Of a stretch of DNA of 56,623 nt, positions 49,170-56,623 are shown piece after piece. The position numbers were made by a program, and so were the translations under genes. Source of the DNA: a virus (taxonomy: Duplodnaviria > Caudoviricetes); the IMG/VR virus record IMGVR_UViG_3300009320_000019, positions 1 to 56,623 of that record, one strand, 5' to 3'. The notes under the pieces were generated by a model. It was not told the DNA's origin. It searched no databases and saw only the letters and a program-made list of their open reading frames with translations. Positions within the stretch are counted from its first letter, which is position 1; each line of letters starts with the position of its first letter.

Positions 49170-49523
49170 TCATATTTTTACCCCTTTATCAACTAATTTT
49201 TTACCATTATTATAGTTGAATATTTTAAATCCTTTTCTATCTATCCAAACATATTGAGCTATTATTAAGTGCTTTGATCCAAATCGTTCTGCAAAATCCA
49301 CAAAATTCTTATGAGTATGTGGAACATTTGAAGTAACTTGAACGAACATTATTTTCGTGTCGTCACCAACTCTCTTTAAACAAACCAGATCAAAAATCCC
49401 AAAAAGGTCTTTAACTTTAATAAATCTGCCTGTCTTTTCTACTTTGTCTACATAATATCCTTCAGCACTAAGCAATTTTACACATTTGTTAACATTCCTA
49501 TTGCCCTTGACTCTTGTCTTCAT
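49170..49523 (-). CDS. hjc: Holliday junction resolvase, Hjc-like
   Basis: KG.R.....L..EGY.V, DLFGIFDLV, FVQVTS. Confidence 0.65.
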   Translation of the reverse strand: MKTRVKGNRNVNKCVKLLSAEGYYVDKVEKTGRFIKVKDLFGIFDLVCLKRVGDDTKIMFVQVTSNVPHTHKNFVDFAERFGSKHLIIAQYVWIDRKGFKIFNYNNGKKLVDKGVKI

Positions 49524-49900
49524 CAGTATGTTGATGCGCTAGAGTCTTTTTTGTTTGAATATTCTTCTAAGTCTTTTAATTCTTTTTTAACTATTCCAAT
49601 TTGTTTAGTTAATTGTTCTTCGTCTTTTGCAGCTTTTTCTGCTTCTTTTAGATATTCTATTTTTTCCAATTTGACTTTTAGTTCTTCAAGTTCTTTAATT
49701 TCTTCTTCAGTTGCTTCAGGTTTTAATTTTGTTCTTAACTTAACAGAATTAAGTTGCCTTTCCATATTGTCTAATTGGGTTTTCTTTCTCTCAACAAAAT
49801 CTTTAAATTCTTCTTCAGTCATAGTTTCGTTTACATCAGATTTTATTGTGATCATTTTGTTCTTTTTTTCTACTTTTCTATTTATATCAAATTCTACCAT
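49523..49900 (-). CDS. coiled-coil protein
   Basis: K/E heptads. Confidence 0.65.
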   Translation of the reverse strand: MVEFDINRKVEKKNKMITIKSDVNETMTEEEFKDFVERKKTQLDNMERQLNSVKLRTKLKPEATEEEIKELEELKVKLEKIEYLKEAEKAAKDEEQLTKQIGIVKKELKDLEEYSNKKDSSASTY

Positions 49901-49901
49901 T

Positions 49902-50420
49902 TTATTCCTCCTTAAGTGTTTCTAAATCTATTACCTTTCCAGGTCTATTTAATACTTTAATAAACCCATCTCTTTCTAACTGTTCTAAATTATTCACTAC
50001 AATTTTAGTCACTTCAATTTTATTTAGAGTTTGTGTATCAAAAGATTGTGTTAATTTATTTAATATTTGTTCCTGGAATCGTAAATGATTAAGTATTTCT
50101 TTAGCCGCAGCTAATTTATTTTCACTCTTTTCTGTTGTATCAATTATATCCCAAACTATATCGTTTAGTTTAGTTAGTTGATTTTTAGTGTTTAGTATAG
50201 ATTCTCTAATCTCTCCTTTTAATTCTTCATCCCCTGCAATAATTTCTGTCCTTCTAGTTGAATAAACTTTATATGCACTTCGAACAGTAGTTTTAGAAGG
50301 TTCTGGATCTAAATTAAATTTAGTGGCTAAATGCTCTGCTATCCCTTTAAAACCCATTCCTGCGCTTCTAAGTTTACCTATTTCTTTTAAAATTTCCGGT
50401 TTTCTTAAATCGTCTCTCAT
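49902..50420 (-). CDS. HTH + helical protein, candidate terminase small subunit
   Basis: GMGFKGIAEHL...SKTTVR HTH then helical domain; function inferred. Confidence 0.4.
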   Translation of the reverse strand: MRDDLRKPEILKEIGKLRSAGMGFKGIAEHLATKFNLDPEPSKTTVRSAYKVYSTRRTEIIAGDEELKGEIRESILNTKNQLTKLNDIVWDIIDTTEKSENKLAAAKEILNHLRFQEQILNKLTQSFDTQTLNKIEVTKIVVNNLEQLERDGFIKVLNRPGKVIDLETLKEE

Positions 50421-50626
50421 TTTATAAAGTATAATACAGTTGGTGGCAACTCTACTTTTTTAATCTTTCCTTTTTTATGTAGGTTTTTTAATGCTCTCTT
50501 TAATACATTTTTACTTTTTTGGTTTAAAATTAAGGAGGCATTTGTTCCTTCAGGATGTCTTTTTAAATATTTGTAAACCATTTCTTCTACTTCTTCATTA
50601 CAGTATCTGCCGAAAGAAAATTTCAT
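50417..50626 (-). CDS. small winged-HTH protein
   Basis: RALKNLHKKGKI...LYFI. Confidence 0.6.
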   Translation of the reverse strand: MKFSFGRYCNEEVEEMVYKYLKRHPEGTNASLILNQKSKNVLKRALKNLHKKGKIKKVELPPTVLYFIK

Positions 50627-50850
50627 TTTGATGAATAGATATATACCCCTCCTATAGTCCTCTTTGTTATTTTATTTTGTTTAACTAATTCTATTACATG
50701 ATTTTCTACAGTTTTAAAATGTAAATCTAATGCTTCTGCAATCATCCTTAAAGTCAGAACATTTTCTTCTGCCCTTTGTAATACTAATCTAATTGCTTTA
50801 TCTGGTTCAAATACCGCCATAATTTTTAAATTTTTACTATCATTTTGCAT
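50623..50850 (-). CDS. small winged-HTH protein
   Basis: TLRMIAEALDLHFKTVENHVIEL. Confidence 0.7.
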   Translation of the reverse strand: MQNDSKNLKIMAVFEPDKAIRLVLQRAEENVLTLRMIAEALDLHFKTVENHVIELVKQNKITKRTIGGVYIYSSK

Positions 50851-51451
50851 TTTGAAATACTTCTTCTAAATAAGCTACTACAAATTTTAATTCATTTAAT
50901 CTAAATTTAGTAATAATCGCTATGGCTTTTCTTCTTAGTAATTTATATTCTTTTTTTTCTTCTTCAGTTGTTAGTTCTATTTCGTCTCTTGCTATTCTTA
51001 TTTCTTGTTTTAAATCTCTATAACTCCAATGTTCCCTTTTTCCTTTTTGTTCTAAAATAGTTCTAACTCCATCATTTAAGTTATATTTGTAAAGTTCAAA
51101 ATAAAATTCCCAGAATATGTTTCCATCTTTTTTAATATAAGGCAATTCATGTTCAGCGGCTTCATCTTTATATTCGTCATTTTCCATATACTCAATAAGG
51201 TCTGGTCTTTTGTTGATTAATCTAAGTCCTTGCCAAATTCTATGGATACTAATTGTCTTTTTAATATCTGGGTGTTTATTTACTTTTTTTAATATTCCCT
51301 TAACTGATTCATCTGGATAATTTTTAAGAATTTTAGAGATTTTTTTACAGAAAGCAATAGTGCTGTTTTCAAAATGAGTAACTATATCGTTCCATTCAAT
51401 TACTATTTTATCTACAGCTTCTTGTTCTGTGGGAACAACCTCAACCTTCAT
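50840..51451 (-). CDS. hypothetical protein resembling DUF1016 N-terminal HTH region
   Basis: WEFYFEL...WSYRDLKQEI. Confidence 0.5.
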   Translation of the reverse strand: MKVEVVPTEQEAVDKIVIEWNDIVTHFENSTIAFCKKISKILKNYPDESVKGILKKVNKHPDIKKTISIHRIWQGLRLINKRPDLIEYMENDEYKDEAAEHELPYIKKDGNIFWEFYFELYKYNLNDGVRTILEQKGKREHWSYRDLKQEIRIARDEIELTTEEEKKEYKLLRRKAIAIITKFRLNELKFVVAYLEEVFQNAK

Positions 51452-51962
51452 TTGTTATATCCTCTTTTTTTATGGTTGGTATATCTCCTTTTTCTACATA
51501 GTTCCTAAACAATTCTGCTAATTCAAATACTTCTTCTTGTTTAATTTCAGTAATTTGTTTAGCTTCTAATTGTGCAGTTAGAACTTGTATAGCATCTCTT
51601 AAACAACCTAATTTAGTCATCCTTTCAGATTTAGTTTTTTCAAAATCTCCCCTATAATTTACTTGTTTAGGTGGGGTATCTTTAACATCTATCATTTCTA
51701 CACTATCTACTAAGTGTATATTAGATAAATTTCTATAAGTTATTTGTTTTCCATTCCACTCTGAATCTTTAGTGGTATAGAAAAATCCTACTTTATCATC
51801 TACATTTATTCCATTTGCTAAATTTTCATCAAATAGATTATATGTTTTACCATTTATTACAAATTTATAATAAATAGCACCTGCCTTTGTTTTTGCTTGT
51901 TCTTTTTTCCCTATTATTCCTTTTCCTTCAAATACTTCAGACATTTTATTACCCCCTTTCAT
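51441..51962 (-). CDS. OB-fold ssDNA-binding-like protein
   Basis: YYKFVINGKTYNLF...VDDKV...YRNL. Confidence 0.45.
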   Translation of the reverse strand: MKGGNKMSEVFEGKGIIGKKEQAKTKAGAIYYKFVINGKTYNLFDENLANGINVDDKVGFFYTTKDSEWNGKQITYRNLSNIHLVDSVEMIDVKDTPPKQVNYRGDFEKTKSERMTKLGCLRDAIQVLTAQLEAKQITEIKQEEVFELAELFRNYVEKGDIPTIKKEDITNEG

Positions 51963-52243
51963 CCAAAATAAGATTGTTTTTGTTTTTCATTTTGTTTTTC
52001 TATTTCAAATTTATATTTAAACTTCTTTTTTTCTTTTACGCAGAACATACCTGCAAAAAAGAATACCCTACACATTTCAACTAAAAACTTCTTTTTTTCT
52101 TTATCACTAGAAGTTAGCATTCCAAATAAATATCCAAATTCTGCTTCATCGTAATCTGCTTCTTTACAATATTCCATCACTGTATCTATCATTGGTTTTT
52201 TCAATTCTATATTTAATTTTTTTATTTCTTTTTGTTTTTTCAT
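51959..52243 (-). CDS. hypothetical protein
   Basis: ORF downstream of GATTTATATA box near 52266-52275. Confidence 0.6.
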   Translation of the reverse strand: MKKQKEIKKLNIELKKPMIDTVMEYCKEADYDEAEFGYLFGMLTSSDKEKKKFLVEMCRVFFFAGMFCVKEKKKFKYKFEIEKQNEKQKQSYFG

Positions 52244-52291
52244 TTTTATTATTAAGCCCTCAAAGTATATAAATCTTACTTTTTATATTGA

Positions 52292-52325
52292 GGTAAGTAG
52301 GAAAAAAGGGTTAACCTACTTACTT
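52292..52325. other. Intergenic inverted repeat
   Basis: GGTAAGTAGG...CCTACTTACT. Confidence 0.6.
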
Positions 52326-52367
52326 TCTCATTTAGATAAGGGATTGTGTAAAACAACTCCAATGCTT

Positions 52368-52691
52368 TTATCCCCTATTTTCTAAAGCCCACCATGAAAT
52401 TCCTTCCACGATTGTAATTATTTCTTTACATGCTTTGGATAATTTTTCTCCTTTCTCTGTTAGCATATAATGGTTTCTCCTGCCTTTTTTTGTTTTAATT
52501 AATAGTTTTTCGTTTTCAAACATTTTACTTAATTTATATGCGTGACTATAAGTCACATTTATTTTTCTCGCTACCATTTCTAAGCAAATTTCATTCCCTA
52601 TAAATGGAAGTAATTTTATCCAAATGGGAACAGACAGATCGTTATCCATCTCACTTATTCTTAGCATTAGTGCTCTTTGTTTATGATTCAT
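52368..52691 (-). CDS. MarR-like winged-HTH regulator
   Basis: VARKINVTYSHAYKL...KKGRRNHYMLTEKGEKL. Confidence 0.8.
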   Translation of the reverse strand: MNHKQRALMLRISEMDNDLSVPIWIKLLPFIGNEICLEMVARKINVTYSHAYKLSKMFENEKLLIKTKKGRRNHYMLTEKGEKLSKACKEIITIVEGISWWALENRG

Positions 52692-52702
52692 TTCTTTTCC
52701 TC

Positions 52703-54649
52703 CTACAATAATTTAAATCTACCTCTTGTTGGTTCGAATATTTCTCCATTTCTTAAATGTCGTAAAAATTCTTCCAATTCAAATTCATTAATTTTTAAAT
52801 CTACTGCTTTATTTGTTATTTTTTCTATGGGCGCTCCCCTGCCTTCGTGTTCTTTATCTAAATCTTTTATTATCTCTTTGATTATGTGTATCTTTTCTCT
52901 TTTATTCTTTGGTAAAATATTCTCAAAACTAACTACATCCAAAGAGCCATCTTTAATTACTTGTTGGCTAATTAAAGCAGTTTTCATTAACTCTAAAGAT
53001 ATCTCTGCATCTTTTAAAGTTATTTCTTTTCTTAAATGTGCTTTTGCAGAAGCAGTTGCCAATCTAATTAAATTAATTAAAAGCCTACTTGAAAAGTATG
53101 CCCCTTCTGCCTCACTTCCCGGGCTAACTAATTTAAGGAATTCTTTTTTAAGATAGCTTTTAGATTCTTTAGTTAATATAGGGGCTATTTGTTTTACATA
53201 AGAAACATATTTTTTAACTGTTTCAGTATCATAAAAAGGTTTAGTTTGTTCTCCTTTTTCTATTTTACTAAAGATTGTATCTATTACATTTCCTTGTGTT
53301 TTTATATCTTTAATTGCTTCAACTGCAAAGATCAAATCAAATCTATCTAAAAAATCTTTAGGCAAATTTATTTGTTTGTAAATTGATTCAAATTTATCAA
53401 ATACTTTATCTTTCGGATTTGCCGCAGCTAATATTGTTGTTTTTGTTTTAAGAACTGTGTGAATAGTTGCCTTATCAAAAGGAACTTCTAATTTATCTAT
53501 TGCAATATTTAAATATGCTATATCTGATTTACTAATTTTATCTATTTCATCTATAATAGCCATACCACCATTACACATAGGGATTACTCCAGATTCTAAA
53601 CTCCAATCTCCTATTTCCTCGTCTTTCATTACAGTTGCTACTAATCCTGCGCCTGAAACTGTACTACTTCCTGTATATCTAGCTTTATCTATAAATTTAG
53701 TTAATCCTCTTATTAAAGCAGTTTTTGCTGTTCCTGGACTTCCCACTAAAAGGATATTAATCGTGCCTCTTTCTGATAACATATTTCCCTCATAAATATG
53801 TGTAGCTCCTATAAGTTGTAGAAATAATGCTTTCTTTATTGAAGGATAACCATAAATTGTGGGGGATATTGATTGCCCCATTTTATTAAGAACATCATCT
53901 TTAGATATTTCTTTTATTCTTTCTATATCTTTTTTAGATAATTTTATTTCTTTTTCTTTTAAAAATTCTACATTGTTTGCTTGGATAAAGGTAGTATACT
54001 CCTCGATTCGTGGACTTCTTTTTCTTTCTCCTACAAGGCCAGTTACTTTTACTTTAACGCTTGGTTGTAATTCTTTAGTTATTCCTGGGTTTGCTAAACA
54101 TTTAATCATTTCCACAAGTTTTCTTTCTGGCTTTTGTTCAAAATCTAAAATCATAGGATCTTCTTCTACCATTATTTTTTGTATATCGTATGCTTTGCTA
54201 TCTTTAAGATAAAATTTCTTATTCCCACAATGACATTGTTCTGGCTTATTTGGGGCAGGAATTTGTGGTAAGTTAATTTCATTTCCACAATTAATACATT
54301 CAAAAGTTTTATTAGAAATAATATGTTTAATTCCACCCACTTTTTTTACAAATCCTACAATAGAAACAAGTTCCCCAACATGTTTATTTCTTATCTTCCA
54401 AATTTCAGTATAAATAGATTCTGTAAGATTTTTAAATCTTATTTCTAAATTTACATCATAATGATCGTGAATTACATTTTGAAATAAAGATTTAATATTT
54501 AAGAAATCCTCTAATACCATTTGAGAAATCTCAAAAGAAAATTGAGATAATTTTTGCCAATCTATCTCTATGGAGCCCTTAGCCACCAATAAATTTTCTT
54601 TCTCGTGTGTTTCTAAATAGGTATGTATCTGTTCTATTATCTCTTCCAT
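52703..54649 (-). CDS. mcm: MCM replicative helicase
   Basis: Zn finger CxxC...CxC, GSPGTAKT, IDEIDK, AAANP, DRFDL, sensor-2 SSR; likely start MEEIIEQ. Confidence 0.95.
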   Translation of the reverse strand: MEEIIEQIHTYLETHEKENLLVAKGSIEIDWQKLSQFSFEISQMVLEDFLNIKSLFQNVIHDHYDVNLEIRFKNLTESIYTEIWKIRNKHVGELVSIVGFVKKVGGIKHIISNKTFECINCGNEINLPQIPAPNKPEQCHCGNKKFYLKDSKAYDIQKIMVEEDPMILDFEQKPERKLVEMIKCLANPGITKELQPSVKVKVTGLVGERKRSPRIEEYTTFIQANNVEFLKEKEIKLSKKDIERIKEISKDDVLNKMGQSISPTIYGYPSIKKALFLQLIGATHIYEGNMLSERGTINILLVGSPGTAKTALIRGLTKFIDKARYTGSSTVSGAGLVATVMKDEEIGDWSLESGVIPMCNGGMAIIDEIDKISKSDIAYLNIAIDKLEVPFDKATIHTVLKTKTTILAAANPKDKVFDKFESIYKQINLPKDFLDRFDLIFAVEAIKDIKTQGNVIDTIFSKIEKGEQTKPFYDTETVKKYVSYVKQIAPILTKESKSYLKKEFLKLVSPGSEAEGAYFSSRLLINLIRLATASAKAHLRKEITLKDAEISLELMKTALISQQVIKDGSLDVVSFENILPKNKREKIHIIKEIIKDLDKEHEGRGAPIEKITNKAVDLKINEFELEEFLRHLRNGEIFEPTRGRFKLL

Positions 54650-54674
54650 AATAATATTTTCCCCCTTTTTAAAA

Positions 54675-54872
54675 TTATTCTTCTTTCTTTTCAACTGGTT
54701 CTTTTGGTTTTTCAACCTTAGGTTTAGCATTTAAATCAATTATATCCACTTCATTAGATTCTTCAAATTTGATTGAAGATTCCCAAGATTCTCCTGGCTT
54801 CAAATGAATATGTGTTCCATCTACTTTAAACACTCTTACTTTTTTGTTTGTTTTGTTTGTTGCTTTCCACAT
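54675..54872 (-). CDS. hypothetical protein
   Basis: GGAGG SD, 65 aa. Confidence 0.65.
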   Translation of the reverse strand: MWKATNKTNKKVRVFKVDGTHIHLKPGESWESSIKFEESNEVDIIDLNAKPKVEKPKEPVEKKEE

Positions 54873-55009
54873 TTTTTAAAATCCTCCTTATTATGAACTG
54901 CAGAAGGAATAAGGGATGCCCCGTACCCTTAAATTATTATTTTTCCAGAGGTGACAAACGAGTTTAGAACTAATCTGTTGTTGGGTTGAAAAAATATCCT
55001 TTATCTGCT

Positions 55010-55576
55010 TCATTTTATTCCTTCAAAAGTTATTTTAAAATCTAACTTTTCTTTTTTAGGTTTAAATACTTCTATAAATCTCTCACTTCCTTTTCTCTTT
55101 ACTTCCCCTATACAATAAGAGATATATTTTAATATGTCACCATTAACCAAAACTTCTCTTTGTGTTTTGAAGTTTGTGTATATATCTGAAATTAAAACAA
55201 AGGGAATATTTAAATCTTTTGCTAGGGTGTTTATTTTATCTATTGTTTTACTAAATTGTTTTTGTGTTCCAAGCAATCTATAAAGATCTGTAATTGGGTC
55301 TATAACTACAATACTGATATCTTTCATGCTTTTTATAACATTCAAATATTTATCTATCTCCTTTTCATTTCCTATTCTGCCAATTAAAATATTGCTCAAA
55401 TTATGGGGTTGAACTTGCAATAGCCGATTAATATTAAATCCTATAGGTGTTAAATATACTGCTTTCTTTTTTAAAAAAGAATAAGCAAGGGTTGTTCTTC
55501 CCATACCTTCTTTTCCATAAAGAGTGGTAATCTTACCTGGAAAAAGAATTTTTTTTTGTAATCGACTATAAGACAT
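55010..55576 (-). CDS. radB: RadB-like RecA-fold ATPase
   Basis: GKITTLYGKEGMGRT, VVIDPITDLYR, no RadA N-terminal domain. Confidence 0.7.
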   Translation of the reverse strand: MSYSRLQKKILFPGKITTLYGKEGMGRTTLAYSFLKKKAVYLTPIGFNINRLLQVQPHNLSNILIGRIGNEKEIDKYLNVIKSMKDISIVVIDPITDLYRLLGTQKQFSKTIDKINTLAKDLNIPFVLISDIYTNFKTQREVLVNGDILKYISYCIGEVKRKGSERFIEVFKPKKEKLDFKITFEGIK

Positions 55577-55577
55577 T

Positions 55578-55877
55578 TTATTTAAAATGTTCGGATGTAG
55601 TTATTCTCCTTTCCCCTGGCTTTAGATTATATTCTTTCTTTTTGGTAGTAGTTACATTTTCCCTAAATGGTGGTGAAACAGGTTCTTTAAATTTAGTTTC
55701 TACTTCTTTCCAATTTTTTTCTTTTCTCTTTTGTTTTCGTTTTTCATAATTATATTTTGTGTTACACTTTTTAGAACAAGTGTTATACTTTTTCCTATTC
55801 TTTGCCCATTCTTCCTTTGCTAATCCACACATAGGACAAAGCTTTTTTTTTAATCTTTTTTGAATTAATTTCCACAT
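55578..55877 (-). CDS. Basic Zn-finger protein
   Basis: CPMCG...CSKKC. Confidence 0.65.
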   Translation of the reverse strand: MWKLIQKRLKKKLCPMCGLAKEEWAKNRKKYNTCSKKCNTKYNYEKRKQKRKEKNWKEVETKFKEPVSPPFRENVTTTKKKEYNLKPGERRITTSEHFK

Positions 55878-55878
55878 T

Positions 55879-56112
55879 TTATTTTTCCTCCTCCATATAC
55901 TCCATCACTTCTTTCAAAGCAGGCATAACTAATTTTAATTCACCATATCTGATTCTCCCTAACGATTTAAATTTACTATCTTGTTTTCTAATTATACCAA
56001 TCTTAGGAACTGCTTCTCCATATTTATAAACTCCAATTACTATGAAGTTTCCTACGCCAATCTCTACTTCTTTTTCCCATATTGTTTTATCTAATTCTTT
56101 GTCGTATACCAT
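55879..56112 (-). CDS. PC4/YdbC-like ssDNA-binding protein
   Basis: YDKELD...GVYKYGEAVPKIGI.R...LGR. Confidence 0.55.
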   Translation of the reverse strand: MVYDKELDKTIWEKEVEIGVGNFIVIGVYKYGEAVPKIGIIRKQDSKFKSLGRIRYGELKLVMPALKEVMEYMEEEK

Positions 56113-56113
56113 T

Positions 56114-56230
56114 TTAATAAAAGAGCATTCCTTGAATAAATCCTACAATAAAACTAATTACAGCTACCCATCCTCCAATTATTGCTACTTGTACCCATCC
56201 ATCTAGGTCACTAAATTTTATTTTTTTCAT
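56114..56230 (-). CDS. 38-aa single-TM microprotein
   Basis: MKKIKFSDLDGWVQVAIIGGWVAVISFIVGFIQGMLFY; GGAGG SD. Confidence 0.55.
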   Translation of the reverse strand: MKKIKFSDLDGWVQVAIIGGWVAVISFIVGFIQGMLFY

Positions 56231-56498
56231 TTTTTTCCTCCCAATATTTTTCTACATCTATTCTAAATTTATCCATGTATAAAGAAACTTGATCTCTTTC
56301 TTCTGGACAACATCCTGTTTCTAACATAAGCACCATTAGACAGCCCATTTTATTTTTTGAGATATGTTCATAAGTAAATTTTGTTTCTTCTTTTCCTACA
56401 TAATTTATTATTAAAATTTCATCGTCTATTTTTTTTACATCTTTAGATAACCAATAAACATACCAATTACTATCTTTTCCAAATCTTGAATAACTCAT
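56211..56498 (-). CDS. hypothetical protein
   Basis: MSYSRF..SNWYVY; AGGTG SD. Confidence 0.65.
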   Translation of the reverse strand: MSYSRFGKDSNWYVYWLSKDVKKIDDEILIINYVGKEETKFTYEHISKNKMGCLMVLMLETGCCPEERDQVSLYMDKFRIDVEKYWEEKNEKNKI

Positions 56499-56623
56499 AT
56501 TTTCACCTTTCTAAATACTATAAAATCTACTTCATATTTATTTTGTGTATTAGTATTAAATATTACATACTTTTTATCATCTATTGGGTAAATAAACTTA
56601 CCATTCACATTAACAATACATTC
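56495..56623 (-). CDS. 3' part of the junction-spanning 77-aa protein
   Basis: 43 codons in frame with 1-105; TGA overlaps the next ATG. Confidence 0.75.
   Translation of the reverse strand, partial: ECIVNVNGKFIYPIDDKKYVIFNTNTQNKYEVDFIVFRKVKI

Larger units (their letters stand above)
1..56623. mobile_element. Probably complete circular genome of a tailed archaeal dsDNA virus (siphovirus-like)
   Basis: TerL-portal-protease/scaffold-MCP-adaptor-tail tube-TMP gene order; archaeal MCM/RadB/Hjc; ORF continuous across window ends; no host housekeeping genes. Confidence 0.9.

Noticed and set aside
1899-54212. Numerous antisense or alternate-frame ORFs in the track (e.g. 3626-4057, 6018-6260, 16129-16440, 46380-46817, 49551-49925, 52677-53156)
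   Set aside because: Shadows of real genes; F/L/S-biased composition, no SD
1-56623. Integrated provirus with host flanks
   Set aside because: No integrase, att/tRNA or host genes; ends join in frame

Overview
The window is most likely a complete, circularly permuted, AT-rich 56.6-kb genome of a tailed archaeal virus (Caudoviricetes, non-contractile tail). One 77-aa minus-strand ORF reads in frame across the end/start junction. An archaeal host is supported by MCM, RadB-like, Hjc-like and DUF2080 genes and by BRE-TATA promoters. A Pacearchaeota/Woesearchaeota-like host is an inference from an S-layer-like gene and the promoter style. Layout: a minus-strand early arm (6256 to 1, continuing 56623 to 47833) with a basic ORF, a ~530-nt structured non-coding region, a dense micro-ORF array and replication/recombination genes; a minus-strand four-gene glycosyltransferase operon (6405-9249); and a plus-strand packaging/morphogenesis arm (9344-47758). 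No integrase, DNA polymerase, primase, tRNA or CRISPR array was recognised. Best candidates for new biology: (1) four tail/fibre proteins with systematic Cys substitution at normally Thr/Ser/Val positions, in a genome with six glycosyltransferase genes (possible S-glycosylation or thiol-armouring system); (2) a basic protein plus a large structured RNA at the head of the early operon; (3) a virus-borne S-layer-like protein. All family assignments come from motifs recognised by eye; no searches were run.
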